Shown here one piece after another: positions 41,081-55,537 of a stretch of DNA of 64,000 nt; position 1 is the stretch's first letter, and every line of letters begins with the position of its first letter. Below the pieces are notes generated by a model that was given only the letters and a program-made list of their open reading frames with translations, had not been told where the DNA came from and did no database searches. A program made the translations under genes and the position numbers. Source of the DNA: Yuukianura sp. NJ FZ-2021 (Eukaryota); NCBI GenBank assembly GCA_046563655.1, contig CM102290.1, positions 13,454,001-13,518,000 of the forward strand. Reading direction: 5' to 3'.

Positions 41081-43093
41081 TCAAAATCGAGCTGAACATT
41101 TTTTTAAAGTAATTCCATTGTTGTCTTCAACTGAAGAGTGGCCAGTCGCATCATCTCCTTTTGCCGTCATGTCATAACGATCTTGCCGCGTTGGTCGAAT
41201 CACAAACACGGAGACTTGATTGTTTGAACTTGACTTTTTGTTAGAATAGAACCGAAGACATGTCCACCGGTTAAAGAAGTTTCTGTTTGTCCCGTTCCTG
41301 GAATTGACCTTTGACCTCAGTGATTTGTTCCAAATGACGTACATTAGAGGACTCAGTGCTGTACTCAAATTGGATAAAAGATGAAGGAAAAGCATCAGTG
41401 TCATTGTGACTGTCGTTGTAGTAAGAAGCGCCACATTCATGACAATTATGAAAATCCATACTGGGATTCTGCAAATGCAGAAAATCAAGATGAGTGTTAT
41501 GATCAAGCGGATTGTTTTGTGGTGACGACTTTTGGCTGGCTTGCGTTCGATTCCTGGTGGAGCAATAGTTGCAGTACTGCTGGCTGTTGCCGTGGGGGTA
41601 CTTAGTTCCAGTCCACCATTTCTTGGCTTAAATTTTGTACCGTGCGTTTTAATATACTGGATGATGGACAAGTAGCAAAAGAGAAAGCCAATCACCAGAG
41701 CTGCAAACATAACGCCGGCTGTACAGTAGAAAATGGTGTTTGAACGTGTCCAATATTCTTCTGGCTGGAAACAAATGTAGTACGTTTCACTAGAAATTTG
41801 TGGGTCAGAGGCATCGTAGAGTGGATCCAAATCGTCGTAAGTTTTGTAGGAGTAAAGGCTATATGACCACAACGTCGGAATTGTAGTTGCTAAAAGTCAG
41901 ATAAATATTATAATTTTTTGAATTGTGCATAAACATGTTAAGAAAAAATACCCTAAATCCTCGCCTATACTGCTCACTCGTGTTTTGCTGCACATTGCCT
42001 TATTCTCAGGGATGTCAAAAATATTTAGTCCTCATGCCCGTAATGTTAATAAAAAAAATACTAGTGTTTTTTTTATTACAAAATATTTATTTATTTGTTC
42101 ATGCACCTTAATCTTAAATAAATGAATATTAGGGCAATTTGAAAAAAACATTTCTTTGTCAATATGTGTCGTGTTTTAGCTCATATTTTTGACAACCCTG
42201 CTTATTATTAATTAACTTTGGTTAATAAATATGGATTTCCGACAGGAACAAATCCAAACACAGTGAGGACGCATAAAAAATGTGCAATACCACATGCGCG
42301 CTATAAGCGAGGATTTAGGGTACTATCGCCTGGAATCCGATTTAACTTGGCCCGTGATTCTTACTGAGCGGAATAATCCAGACGAGAAACAGTCCAGCAT
42401 ATGGAAGATATTTTCGATATTGACTTTTAGCCACTGACTTGGTCAGTGACCCCGTGACAGACAAGTACCGGTCAAGTGCAATTGCAAAGAGACAAAATGC
42501 GTTGATCATGACCGCTGTAGTTTGGAAGTAAGAAACATTTTCACATAAAAAAGGCCCCAGGATCTGAAATTTCAAGATATTTCTGACATTTCTGAAATTT
42601 TTCAATTTGATTCCATTTTGACATAAATTCAAAATTGAGCATACCCAGGAGTGATATTTGCTAACGATGAGTCCTAGGTCAATTGGAATGGAAGAGAGAA
42701 CAAGGATGACGTCACTGATGACCAGGGTCAATAGGTACAACTTTGTGGACAGTTTCGTCAACCTTACAAATTTAGTGTTAAAAACTTCATCAAATTAAAA
42801 TTGATGGATACAATTCTTACCGGGATTTGGAAATTATGAAAATGGCAACGGCATTTCCACAAAGTGCCACTGCGAGGACTAAAATGTTGCCAATTGTTAG
42901 AACTGTCTGAGCCCATTGCGACAACAGCACAATGAACGACACGGGAACAATAAAATCCACTTGTTCCTAAATATATTTAAAAAAAAAAATTTAAATCTAG
43001 TTCTAATTTTGAAAAACTTCTAAATTGCATCCTATTTAAATTTGTTTTCAGAAACTTTATATAAAAATTCACATCTCTCTTACTCACGTCCAT
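41081..43093 (-). CDS. Rhodopsin-family (class A) GPCR, peptide-receptor-like, ligand unknown; start approximate
   Basis: TM1 ALCGNAVAIFII, TM2 LVISDVIL, LGPFLCENVSY, IALDRY, TM6 LIFCICRIPVWIF, TM7 LSTALSPLMY. Confidence 0.88.
41951..42320. mobile_element. TA-flanked MITE carrying a nested hAT-like MITE (42007-42200)
   Basis: Outer TIR CCCTAAATCCTCGC / GCGAGGATTTAGGG; inner TIR CAGGGATGTCAAAAATAT / ATATTTTTGACAACCCTG with near 8-bp TSD CTTATTCT / CTTATTAT. Confidence 0.82.
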
Positions 43094-45127
43094 CTCAATT
43101 TGGTAAATTTTCCAGAGGTTTGTAAAATTTTGAAAATTTTGTTAAATTTAACTTGTTCAGTTTTGCTCAAGCGAATGACAGAATTTGAAACAAAGTGGAC
43201 CTAAAGTTGAATTCTACCTACAACTAAAATAGATTAAACGTTGAACTTGGATACTGTGTTGTGGCTTTTATGAAATCTGTTCCATACTCCATAATTTAAA
43301 ATCTGTAATCAGTAGCTCAGCCAGATTTCGGATTTATCAAATCTCCGTTTGCGGGTATTAGAACTAATCCAAAACTAACAATATTCAACCCAATAATACA
43401 ATTTTTTTTTCTTTTAAGGCAAAATTGTCTCCAATGCTGTCTAATTTGATTAAAATTATTCAATATTGATGCATTCAAATACGTCATTCAGTTTCCATTG
43501 TTATAACAACAAGCATGCATGGCATGCGTGATGGGGTTTCGCCCCATGCTGTGTCAATCCTGATAACTTTTTTTTGGCTTAAAGAAGACTTTTTTTGAAA
43601 AGAAAGTTAGAAGGTGTGATGGAGTCTTAAAAAAAATATTTTAGAAATTTTGAATTTTTAAAATTTTAGAAATGAGCGCCATCCTCCGGCGATGGAAACC
43701 TTTTTGACTAAATTATAGGTTAACTGAAAGCTTTTGTGACCAATGGACAAAACGGGCGAAAATTGAAGGAAATGAAGATAGAAAGCAGACTTTCTCTTTT
43801 TCTAAACTAGAATGATTTATTGAAAAGAATTTAAAGTACATGTATAAATAACAAGATGTTGAATAATATTATAATACGACTTACACCTTACATGACAAAG
43901 CCCTTTCGTACACTTTTCAATTGCAACGAACTTCCAACACTGTTCCCTTTGAAATCAATTTGGCAACTATCTTTTACGTTTAACATTCAGAAAGAGACAT
44001 TCTTCCCAACCACTCAGATTCACCAAGTTTAACTTCAAAGAACACAAATGCAATGTAGAATTATCAAAATCATAAGCACTCCAAATGTTTAAGCCTAAAC
44101 TGGATTACTTAATTGTATTGTTAGAAGGTGCTCTCTCACACTTAACTAAAAAAAGACAAGGTGACAAATGAACTAGAACTTAAACTCATCTTATTGCAAG
44201 GACACTCAAGTCAAGTGCCATTGCCAGTTAATTGTAGTGCAAACAAGGAATTCAAAAAAACCAAACATTCCTTAACAAATTTCCACTAAAATATGAACTT
44301 ACAAAAATTATTACAGTTTTAGTCAGAACGTCTATTATGTAACTAAAGTTAGCTTCGTAGCACAAGCGAAAAGTATATGAAAGCTAAAGTGTAATGCTTT
44401 TCTTCCAAATTCTAGTTTTGAAAGGAGAGATTAAACTAAAAATTAAGTTTTAAGGTGAGAAAACTAAACTGTAAAAAATGGAAGCCCCGTTAATTTCTAT
44501 TTCATTCGAGAGTATTTTTGAAAAGTTTGTTAAAAAGATTTAGTAAAAGAGCATTTTTCTGAAATCGTTCTCATAAGAAAGATTATTTAGTAAATCACAG
44601 TCGCTAAACAACTGATTGTTTCGAATACAAGTTTGTGATATGTTTGAGATAAGTTCAAAGTGAAAGTGAAACCAAAAGCCAGTGAAAGTGAAAGCGAGAA
44701 TAAATTTTTACGAACTATTTTGAAGAGGCCTGGCTCGACCTAAAGCAAAAAGTGAACAGTTGTCCTCTCTATACGAAGTCATTGCAATTTAAATTTAAAT
44801 ACTCAATCTGGATATGATGTGTTTCATGTGCCTTCTCAAAGAAGGATTTTTAAATACTTTTAAAATGAAAATTTTTTAAGAATTATGATTTAGCAAATAA
44901 CTTTTACAAAAAAAAAAACGACTTAAACATTTACAACACATTGAAAATAGGTCCCATGTACACAACCAAACCACGCATTTAGCACACTCTGCAACATTAA
45001 ACAAGCAATTCCCTTCCAGAACATGCACTTGAGATATAAGAATTAACATTTTGGTGTAATACCAACTTCATGAAAAACACGAGAAAACTTAATATGGACG
45101 ACTGATCCATTACTAAATGCACAATTC

Positions 45128-48100
45128 CTAAAGTGTTACGATCTCAGAATGAAACGCTGTCGGTTTCCCACGTATGTCTTCCAGATTGATTTGAGGTCGA
45201 ACCAATTTGTTAAATTTCTGAATTTCAAAAAAATAAATTTCAAAAATTGGAAATCTTGTTTTGAAAATCGTAAAATGTCTAACCTGCTGGAAAGTTCCTG
45301 GTGTAGTGACCCATAGGTAAATGGCGTACCCTGGGATGCATAGCATAGAGGAGAGGGCCGTAAACCATCCAAAGATGTGAGCAAACACTGGATAATGGTA
45401 GTCCATGTAAGTGACCTCTGACCACTGCAGAAATTTGAAGACAAAGACGCCCTGCAACAATATTTGGTCAATACGGTAAACAATTTGAAAAGAAAAACAG
45501 AATAGGATACTAATATTTCGAAAAAGTTAAATCAAAGTTTCTGATATGGCACCCAAAAATGCGATTGCTTGAATGAAGGTTTGTAAACCAAAAAAAAAAA
45601 CTTTTTCTACACCAGGTTGTCCAATAACTCGAATTTTTAAATTTCTTGTCATAATTTTCAAAATTTAAACCGGCTCCATTTCCATGGCAACTTTTAAAGT
45701 TTTTAAACTTTTCTTATATTCCTATACGATTTCGGAACAAATTCGGCAAAACGGCGCTTCGATTTTTTGCGATTAAAATATCATTTTGTATCAATTTTTG
45801 GGCGTAGATTCCGAATCTGAAATACGTTTTTGGCGGTCCTTCCTGGTAAGATTAATTAATTAACATTTTAATTAACAGTGAGTGCGTTTCATATGTAGAA
45901 TGAGTGTGTAACCAATGGAGATTCGAATTTATTGCTGTTATATGCTAACCAAACCTAACGCGCGCCTTCGGCGCGGAGATATAACAAACAACAATCATTG
46001 GTTTCCGTTGGTTACACCACAAATTCTCATTCTGTATATCAAATTCACACTGTTAATTAGAATCTTAATTAATTAATCTCACCAAGAAGGAGGTGTGACC
46101 GCCAAAAACGGATTTCAGATTCGGAATCTGCACCCAAAAATTGATATAAAACGACATTTTAATCGTAGAAAATCGAAGCGCCGTTTTGCCGAATATAAGC
46201 CACGATTTCAAGTGTTCAAAGTTTGAAAAAAATTGAGGTAAAAAGCATATACAAAATTGGAAAAATGGGGGAACAGATGAAAGCAAGATTTTTGTAAACT
46301 CCGAGTTATTGGACAACCTGTTGTAGAAAATAAATTTCCGTTGTAAGGGAACCTTGGACAGAACTTACGAAGCACATGGCAGGGCAACTGATGACCCAAG
46401 TGAACTTCCACCATGGCAACGGGTAGTAACCAATCATGTCCCGAATTGCTTCGTAGAATCGATCCACTCCAAAGGCCCATGAAAAAGCAATGCACTCGAA
46501 GAATATGACCCAGAGGAGAGCCAAGCCACTTACGGCATACTCGTTCAGCAGGTTGAAAACAAACATTCCGCCCTGAAACAAATTGACCTTTGACCTCTAA
46601 TTTCACTATTCAATTTGTCATTTAAAAGTTACCCGGGTCACACAGGACAGTCCAACGAGGTAAGAGAGGAGACAGACGACAGCTATGAACAGTTCCTTGC
46701 GTCGACGCAGACGATGTGGCCATTCATCAACCATAGCCGTAATGAATCCCTCCAGAGTGCAGAACTGCGAGTCAAGGCCAATGAACAGAAGCATGATGAA
46801 GAAGAGGCATGACCAGAGCGACGGCAGAGGGAGCTGCAGAATGGCCGACGGATACACCAAGAACGCAAGTCCCGGCCCTGAAACCAACGAAAAAGTCCGT
46901 TCGGTTAAAAAACTTCACAATTTTCTGAAAAATTGTCAAGTTTTTCGAAAATTACTCAATTTTTCAGAAATTACTAACAAATTTGTCAGAACTTACTCAA
47001 TTTTTCAGTAATTACACAGAAATTTTTTTAGAAATTACTCAGAAATTTTTTGAAAAAACTTTCAAAACTGGTATAGTTACCCGATGCAGCGACCTCTTCC
47101 ACTGGTTTATTTTGTGTCACTGACATAAATCCGATAACCGAAAACACAACGAATCCCGCAAAAAAGCTTGTGCACGAATTGATGATGCAAACCAAGATGG
47201 CGTCCCTTCAAGACAAAAAGAAACAAGTTCCAAGTTAAAGTAAATGCATTTAGAGCAGATCGCTGCTGACAAAGACATGAAAAATGCCACATGGCCATCA
47301 AAGTTCCGCCGGAGCTTTGGATGACCTTGACATGTAAGCTGCTTAGACACAAGATGAGTGACAGGAATAGGCTTAAGGGCTTAAGTGAGTTCCCACAGTT
47401 GACTTACTTGTAGACATTGTTGTTGTACTTGTTGTATGATCCGAGGGCATTGAGTGTTCCTAAACCAAGACCATAAGAGAAGAAGATCTGCGTCACTGCG
47501 TCCACCCACACTTGCGACTCTCCCAACTTGGACAGTCGTGGATACAAGTAGAAAGAGATGCCTTGAGCCGCTCCAGGCAGAGTGATTCCACGGATTAGGA
47601 GAATTGTGAGGAGAAAGTAGGGGAACAAGGCTGTAAAGTACACGACTTTCCCCGTCCACCGAACGCCTTTCCAGATGCAAAAGTAGCACAGAATCCACAC
47701 CAAAAGAAGCGTCCCGGCCAGTTCCCACCGGATCCCACCAACATCTCCCACACCCGTCGAAATGTCCAAGGCACGGTTTCTAAACAAACACATTTAGCAA
47801 ACACAAAATTAATAAACATTTTCCCCAGTACTTAAGTAGTAAACTAAATAGTACCCTATTTCACGGCGTATATCTCGCACCTTAGTATACCACGCAATGA
47901 GATAAAATAAAGGTAAAACTTGAACTTTGATGATCAACTTTTGCAGCAAGAGATAAACATGTTTATCTTGTTCTCGTTCTTGTTTAAACAAGATAAGCTA
48001 GATAAAATCAGATAAGACGCGGGATATACGCCGTGAAATCGGGTAAATTTTCAAACGACAAAACTTTTGAGATAAATAATTGAGAAAATTGGAAACGTAC

Positions 48101-49634
48101 TGCCAGAATTCCTTTACCGGATCCGTCAAGTTTTGAAGCGGCACAAGATCCGTGGAATTTGGGAGTGCACACATCGTGACATTGTACATGTTGACTTGAC
48201 AGTACTTTTCCCGTTGGTACAAAGTTGGTACGCAAAATTTCGTGTTCCAGGAATTAGTGCAGTCACCCCATGGAAGTACTGCGCGACAATTTATGAAAAA
48301 AAATTGGGATTTTAAACATAAAAATACGAAAAAACACATCTTTAAAAATTACAGAAGGCAAATCTTTTCAAAATTTTACCTGAGCTAAAGGACATAATAA
48401 AGTAGAAGATTGCCCAAGCCAGTAAGACTATGTAGTAAATGTTCATCCAGCAAGACATAACGGCAGCACAGTATCCCACACCTAGTCCACATTCAATTCA
48501 ATTGGAAACAAGTTTACGACAACTAATGCTTCTGCGCAGTGCAAGTTGGTACCTTTGAAAATGGGCGTGAGTTTCCAGACCCCAAGTCCTCCGATTGTTA
48601 AAAATTGGCCTACGGCTAGTTCCATAAAGAACATGGGTATACCGCCCAAAATTATCGTCAACACGTACGGTACAAGAAAAGCACCTTGTTCAAAACAAAC
48701 AACATTTTATGAAAAAAAAAGTTTTTGGAAAAAAAAGTTTTTTAAAAAAATCTGTTTTTATAGCACTTTTTCAAAAAATGGAAATGACACGAAGGATGAC
48801 AAAGTGACAAGTTGAGGAGAATGAGAATTCATGCTTTGAGTCTCCACGGTATTGAATTATTCAAAAGAGTGAAAGTACATTTTCACCCTCCGAAAACCAA
48901 ACGAGTGACAGTTATGCTTTACAAAGTGTCAAAAAAAAAATTTTTTTTTGGAATTTTTTTACAGTTGAAAATTCAATTTTTTAAAATCCAACAAACCGAA
49001 AGGGAATTTCTGATGAGATATTTACAAAATACTAAATTTTACAATAAAAAGTTATTTTTCTTGAGTTTTTAATGTTGGCGCCGGATTGTTTTTGTTGTTG
49101 AATTTTTGTGTACTTTCTCTACGTATACTTTGCTTTATGACTTTCACTTTCCATTTTTGTGAGAATATTGGACAAATATTTCTATATAAAATGAAGTTCA
49201 GATGAAACTGGTTCCATTATCACTCCAGAAGGCGCTCGGAGTGAAACGGGAAATGAACATGTGAAAGTTTCAAAATGACAAAGAAAGTTGTGCTTACCTC
49301 CTCCGTTTTTGTAGCATAAATATGGAAATCTCCAAACATTTCCAAGTCCAATGGCCAATCCAATGGTTGACATGATAAAGTCAAGTTTGGAGGACCAAAC
49401 GCCACGGTGGGGCAAGCCGTCATCGTCATCAGGAACTTTGACCTGCTGGTCCTCTTGCTGCCGCGACTGCGCAGAGATGGCGTTGGTCATTTTGGGAGAA
49501 ATGGAGGCTTGAGAAGATGGTGGCGGTGGCGGCGGCGCATTGGCACTTTCGTTGTCGTTTCCCGCCGTAAGTTGATTCATTTCCATGCTGAAACCTTTTG
49601 TAACTTCCTTTTGTCCCTCCTGGGCTACACTCAT
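45128..49634 (-). CDS. Gat: Sodium- and chloride-dependent GABA transporter (SLC6), multi-exon
   Basis: [92 protein letters not shown]. Confidence 0.92.
45603..46330. mobile_element. MITE family A with a nested long-TIR foldback element (about 45741-46194)
   Basis: Outer TIRs as at 28452-28626; inner arms ATTCGGCAAAACGGCGCTTCGATTTT.. / ..AAAATCGAAGCGCCGTTTTGCCGAAT are complementary over more than 130 bp. Confidence 0.88.
47854..48043. mobile_element. TA-flanked MITE in a Gat intron
   Basis: TIR CCCTATTTCACGGCGTATATCTCGC / GCGGGATATACGCCGTGAAATCGGG. Confidence 0.85.
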
Positions 49635-50736
49635 ACTGGCAAGGAACAATCCTCACCGTAGACTTTCTCCACAAAGAAACAAGCAGCACACTTTCACTTT
49701 AGGATGTCAACTGCCCAAGAATGTCCAAGATTGTTGATACGGAAGTAAAAAACTGTAAGTTCCTGGAGTCGATGAACTTTCTAAAAAAGTCAAATATTGT
49801 TTTGAAATTTTGGTTAAGAGCCTACTGTGGAACTACTGGAGTCACTGGACGGTTGGAGAGGAAACAAAGACGGTTTTTCTTGGACCTGAGGCCACGACAA
49901 GTCTCGGACTGACAGGTCACACTAGCTTACTAGCTTCGTAGAAACAACTACAGGCTAGCTGAACTTCAGACGAGCTTGTGATCTCAAAATTTGCAGTCCC
50001 TACGAACTATATGATTGAATTCTAGGCGTCTTTGGAACACGAACCACCACGTCCAGCCCTTCCAGAACCACTCTCCTCTACTTTAAATTGCGGAAGTGTC
50101 AATTGCTTCTGCTCCTAAGGTATCATCATCAATCCAACAGTTTACTAAGGCAGATCATGCCAAAAGACGACGCCTTCCTTTCCTTCGAATCAGCGCGTCT
50201 CTCCCTCGTACCAATTGAACCACCGAAAAAAAGCCAATTCTCTGGAACTGAGCAACGAACTGCGGCAGCCATTTTGGGCACTCGTCACACAATCCACTCG
50301 TCTGCTAATCCCACACCGCACTTCAATCACTTTTTACACACTTTGATGAAACTGAAAAATGAGCAGTCTGACTCAAACTCTAGACTTAGTTAATCGTCAT
50401 GGCCAAATTGTGATGGACGCTTCAAAATAAGAAATCTGGTAATTTTCAACTGCCAAAAGCCGCTTGGAATGTTTTACACACTTGAAACATTTCTTTAATT
50501 TTATGCAAAGACACACAAAATTTTGCAGAAGGCCTCTAATTGCATTTATATAAAGAAGAGAATGGGATTTAGCAGGCCGTTTCAAAGTGATTGGATTCAT
50601 TGGCAAAACAGACAAGCGGTTTTCTTTTGGCAAGTTCCATTAAACCAAGGCTGCTTCCGTTGAATAATTCATTTAGCAACAGACAACGCTCAAATCCTAC
50701 CTGCTTTCTGTAAAAAAAAGTTTTAAACTGTAAATT

Positions 50737-50999
50737 CCAAGGTTTGTTGACTTTTGATTTTCTTTACCAGGTTGGGTAATACCTCATCTTTTTTCGATTT
50801 TGCAAAAAAAAAGTATCTTTTCAGTTCGGGGCATCGTAGTCATAACAATACAGCCAATTTGTTTAAAATTTTGCATGCAAATTGTACCAATTTTTTGGAT
50901 TGGTATTAATTTTTTTTTTTTCGTTTTTTTTTGGCAACAAGCGAGGTAATACCCAACCTGTTAAAGAAAGTTAACTTTTCGCTGTCATAGAAACCTTGG
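50737..50999. mobile_element. MITE family B, second copy
   Basis: Colinear similarity to 29395-29668 with CCAAGG/CCTTGG ends. Confidence 0.85.
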
Positions 51000-53252
51000 T
51001 AAATTCGTTCTGTTCTGGATGACATGGGAGTTGGAGCATGGTGGAGTAAATGAGCGGGACACTTTGATTCAAGTGCGACATGGACGCATGATCATGTCAC
51101 TTTGTGTCATTGGCCTAGATTCCTTGGAAGAGGGGACTGAGATCATTGACACATGACTAACACCACGACGACATCCTCATTAGCACTCCACTTCCAGCGT
51201 AGTGTGAAGTCCTGACAAGACTAATTCTACATTTGTCATTATTAAGTTCCTCTCCAGTAGTCCTTGCGTTCCCAAGAAAAACGAAAAAAAAATTTTTTTT
51301 ACAAGAAACGAACATTTTTGTTTAAAAAAGTGAAGATTTTGTAGCTCTCGGGCAGCATTTATCTAGAAAGACGCTCGGTTTCAACCTGTTGCGGCTTTCA
51401 ACCAAAAAAATAAGAAAACCAAAAAATAGAAATGTTTTTGAAGATAACCGCGCATGCTCGTTTTGGAAATTTGTTATTTAGTAAGCACACAAGAAGTAAG
51501 TTGTTTGTAATTTTTTTTACCTGTACCGTAGGTCAGGGTGATTCAAGGCTCGACTAGCGTCTAGGAGCGTATTTTGAATTCCAGATTTTAGAAGATCCGT
51601 GCTTGGGAGAAAGTTGAAAGTGAAAGTGGGATGCTGCTGACAACTGAGGTTTTGGAATAGCTAGGCTGGATAGACTTAAAAGTCCAGTAGAAGCGTTACA
51701 GCTTCTAATAGAGGCTGAAAATGTCAAATCCCAAGGAAGTCACTGCTTTCTTTGTCCTCTGCTTTCTCCAAGTCCCATCGAAAGAAATGTTCTTCACCCT
51801 CTGTTCAACAATTTCCTTGGTAGGAATAATAGACGGCTTTCCAGGGCCTAGGTGCCTTTGATATGCTTCCAAGTCCCCCTTTCACCATTACCACCGAAAC
51901 AATATGAGAACACTTTCTCTGTCAACTCAGAAATGAGGATCAACGGGAGCACGAGGACTCCAGGAGGAAGCTGTGGTCCAACACAGTGGCAACTTCCGAC
52001 CAATCCTGCGCTCTACTTAAAATTTCAAACTATCCGAATCCGGTTTCCCGCTGACTTTTCTAATGTTGACTCGCAGGGAGAAAAGTTCTCCAAAACAATT
52101 TAAAATCACAGGAGAAAGTTTTCAGAGCATAGAATAAACAAGAATTTAAAACATTACATAGTACGACAGTCTATTGTTTAGCATTGAACATAATGGAAAG
52201 ATTACGTTATAAAAATTATAGAAATTATGAAAATTATAGAAATTATGAAAATTATAGAAATTATGAAAATTATAGCACTTAGGAGAATTGTAAAATTTAT
52301 AAATCATTATAGAGTTTATGCGAATTATAAAATTTATAAATCATTATAGAATTGATGAAAATTTTATATAGAATTTATAGGAAGTCCCCCCTCATTCCGA
52401 CCCCTGTCACCAGCTTTAACGCTGTCGTGATTGGTGGATTTCGGGTTCTCTGATTGGTCGATTTCAAATTCATGACGTCACTTTTCAAACATTTTCGTAG
52501 CTATTATGGTAATTATAGGCCGTATTTATTCACTTTATAAAAAAGTTTGATAAGTGACGTCACCATGCACCATAAATTCTATAATTTATTTATAATATGA
52601 ACTCGTTATTAACTGAAAATCCCTGGGATGGGATATTTTGAGTTTAATTTTGAACAGTAGTATGAAAGCAGTCATTTTTGAATCATATCCTAAAGTGATG
52701 TTGTAAATTGCAGTTAATTTAGGTTACATTAAGAACTGAGTTCCTGTTTGGAAAGGAATTAAATAGCGGGGGACTGGAGTGTCCTAATTCTTGTGTCTGA
52801 GCCCCTCATGAAGCGACCGATTATGAGTTTGCGAGATTAAAAAGTTTAGAAACGTTGGGCCAACAAGAGGAGATTCAAAATCTAAAATGTTAAATTTAAA
52901 ATTCATTCATTCATCAACAAAACTACTCTTGATAGAAAGTCGACAAGGCGTAAAGTACGTGTGTGTTGACGCTCTATGCCTGTCTTCTCCGTTTCCAGCT
53001 CTGACTGTGGCCATTTTGAAGCGAGTGAGCTCGGTTTGGTTCACCATGGATCATCAGTCGTCCTTCCTCAGAAATTCTAATAAATTGACCTCGATGGTTT
53101 TTTTCCTTATTACAACTATTATTTATGACCAATCTAATCCAATGACACCATGCTACTTGCATCGTCTCACAGCTCAGCACTAGGACCAGCGTCTGAAGCC
53201 GTGCGAGACCTCTCAAACATGTCCGACGATTACCTCGGTGTCAAGTTCCTAG

Positions 53253-53387
53253 TTGAGGTAAACTTTAACGGTCATCATTGTAGCCGTGCAGTGTAGCCAC
53301 GTCGCCATTTTAGTGGCTACACTGTGCGGCAACTTATGTTGCCACTCTGGGCTAGAGTTTTGTAACGGCCGTTAAAGTTTACCTTGA
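53253..53387. mobile_element. MITE-like element with GTAGCCAC/GTGGCTAC motifs upstream of ALG2
   Basis: IR TGAGGTAAACTTTAACGGTC / GGCCGTTAAAGTTTACCTTGA; internal motifs shared with 5560-5760 and 12100-12295. Confidence 0.7.
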
Positions 53388-53918
53388 CCTTATGTATGAA
53401 CCATGCGAATTTCCCTGCTGATTGAGTTAATTAAGAGACGAATGTGTCAATTGTGGTAGGAAATAAGCTAAAATTCGATGACTTTTCAGTTCTTGTGACC
53501 AACTTTCACCAATTGACACATCTGAATTCATTTAAGCTAGCGTTGGTTATGTGAAGTGTCGTCCTCTGTGTTTTCTTGTGGTGAAAGTCGCTGTAGAAAT
53601 TGTCATGCTCAGATCAGCTGGCCAACACCCGCAAAAACTCTCACTCAAAAGAAACAAAAGTTTATAAAATTGACATTGACAGGAACAAGGCAAGAGGTAG
53701 CGTTTTGTAACCTGTCAGATTTAATTGACGTGTCAATTAACACCTTCTTTGTCCCGGGATCGGTGTATGAGTATCAGCTGGAAATCATCTGGTAAGTATT
53801 ATCACCATAACAACAGTCATTAAAAATGGAGTTCAAGTTTAAACACTTCATAAAGTCTTCAAGAAAACGTTTACAACTTCATCAATTTTGATTTGGATAG
53901 TGGGACATTACTGACAGG

Positions 53919-55537
53919 ATGACGCAGGGACAAGTGCAATCCAAAGGTCAGACGGTCGCGTTCGTCCACCCTGACTTGGGAATCGGTGGGGCAGAACGAT
54001 TGATTGTTGATGCAGCGGTGGGACTACAGCAGAAGGGCTACAAAGTCATCATCATCACAGGTTACCATGATCCTCTCCGAGCTTTTCCCGAAACTGTGGA
54101 CGGGACACTTCGGGTATTCAACGGAAATCATTAAACTTATTATTCTGGATAGCAATGTTAACTGACAAGTTTACTTTTAATTTACTAGGTGATCAGTGTC
54201 GGTTGGTGGCTTCCTCGCAGCTTATTCGGTAAATTTGTGGCTCTCTGTGCTTACTTCAAGATGGTCTACGCAGCACTGTACTTAACTCTGGTGTCTGGGA
54301 TCAAACCAAACTTTATCGTATGCGACCAGGTAAGTCACTTCCAAGTTATTCTCGTCAGCAGCTAATTAGCAATTGAATTCTTAATTGTTTAACTGAATAG
54401 GTCTCCGCCTGCATTCCGTTCCTTCGATGGCGCTGGAGTTTCTGGACCCCTGCTCCCTCCATTCTCTTTTACTGTCACTTTCCTGATCAGCTTTTGACGC
54501 AGCGTATGACTTTTTGGAAAAGTCTTTACCGATGGCCGCTCGACTGGTTTGAACAGTTCACTACTAATTTGGCTGACAAAATTGTTGTCAACAGTCAATT
54601 TACGCGTGAGTAAATTACATAATACTATGATAGACTTAATTTTCAATTGAGAATTTTAATTTGTCTTAGGTGGAGTGTTCAAAGAGACTTTCAAGAGTAT
54701 TTCAACAGTTCCAGATATTCTCTACCCCTCCATCAACTCTCAACTGTTTGACCGAATTATTCAAGAGTGTCTCCCAAAATCCACATTCCGACTACCAGTG
54801 GAGGCTCCTCATTTGTTCGTTTCTATCAACCGATTTGAGAGGAAGAAAAACATTGAGCTGGCCATTCTGTCTATGAGTAAGTCTCCCAGACTTAAATAGA
54901 AATCGGTGTATTTTAACGTCTCTTTACACGTTGTACCTTAGAAAAAGTGAAACAGTGTCTGGACGAGAGGGAATGGAACTCAGTGCACCTCGTGATTGCT
55001 GGTGGTTACGATGAGAGACTTCCTGAAGCAGTGGAATACTACGCAGAGCTCCAGGAACTCGTATTGAAGGAAGATATGGTGAAGAAGGTCTCTTTCATAT
55101 TGTCACCCAACGATGATGTCAAAGTCTACCTGTTGTCTGTCTGTACTGCCCTCATTTACACTCCATCAAATGAACATTTTGGAATTGTGCCACTGGAGGT
55201 AATGTATACCGTGATTCCTCCAAAATTACTTCATTTAATAACTCTTTTACATGTACATTTATAGGCAATGTACATGCAGAAACCAGTGATTGCCGTGGAA
55301 TCTGGAGGCCCACGAGAAACAGTCCAGAATGAGCTGACGGGTTTTCTGTGTCCAGCTATCAATACCCATTTTGGAGTTGCCATGGCAAGACTCGTCAAGG
55401 ATCCGGCTTTGACTCAGCGATTGGGTGCTGCTGGAAAGAAACGATTCCAACGACTATTTTCCTTTGAAGCATTCTCAACCAATTGGGTCAACGCTCTAGA
55501 ATCGCTTCAACAGCAGCGAGTCAAAAAGACCAAATAA
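53919..55537 (+). CDS. ALG2: Alpha-1,3/1,6-mannosyltransferase ALG2 (multi-exon)
   Basis: FVHPDLGIGGAERLIVDAA, LFYCHFPDQLLT, SINRFERKKNIELA, AGGYDERL, YTPSNEHFGIVPLEAMY, SGGPRETV. Confidence 0.97.

Noticed and set aside
52210..52380. ATTATAGAA/ATTATGAAA short-period repeat
   Set aside because: Ordinary low-complexity AT repeat; similar tracts occur near 30270 and 34260.
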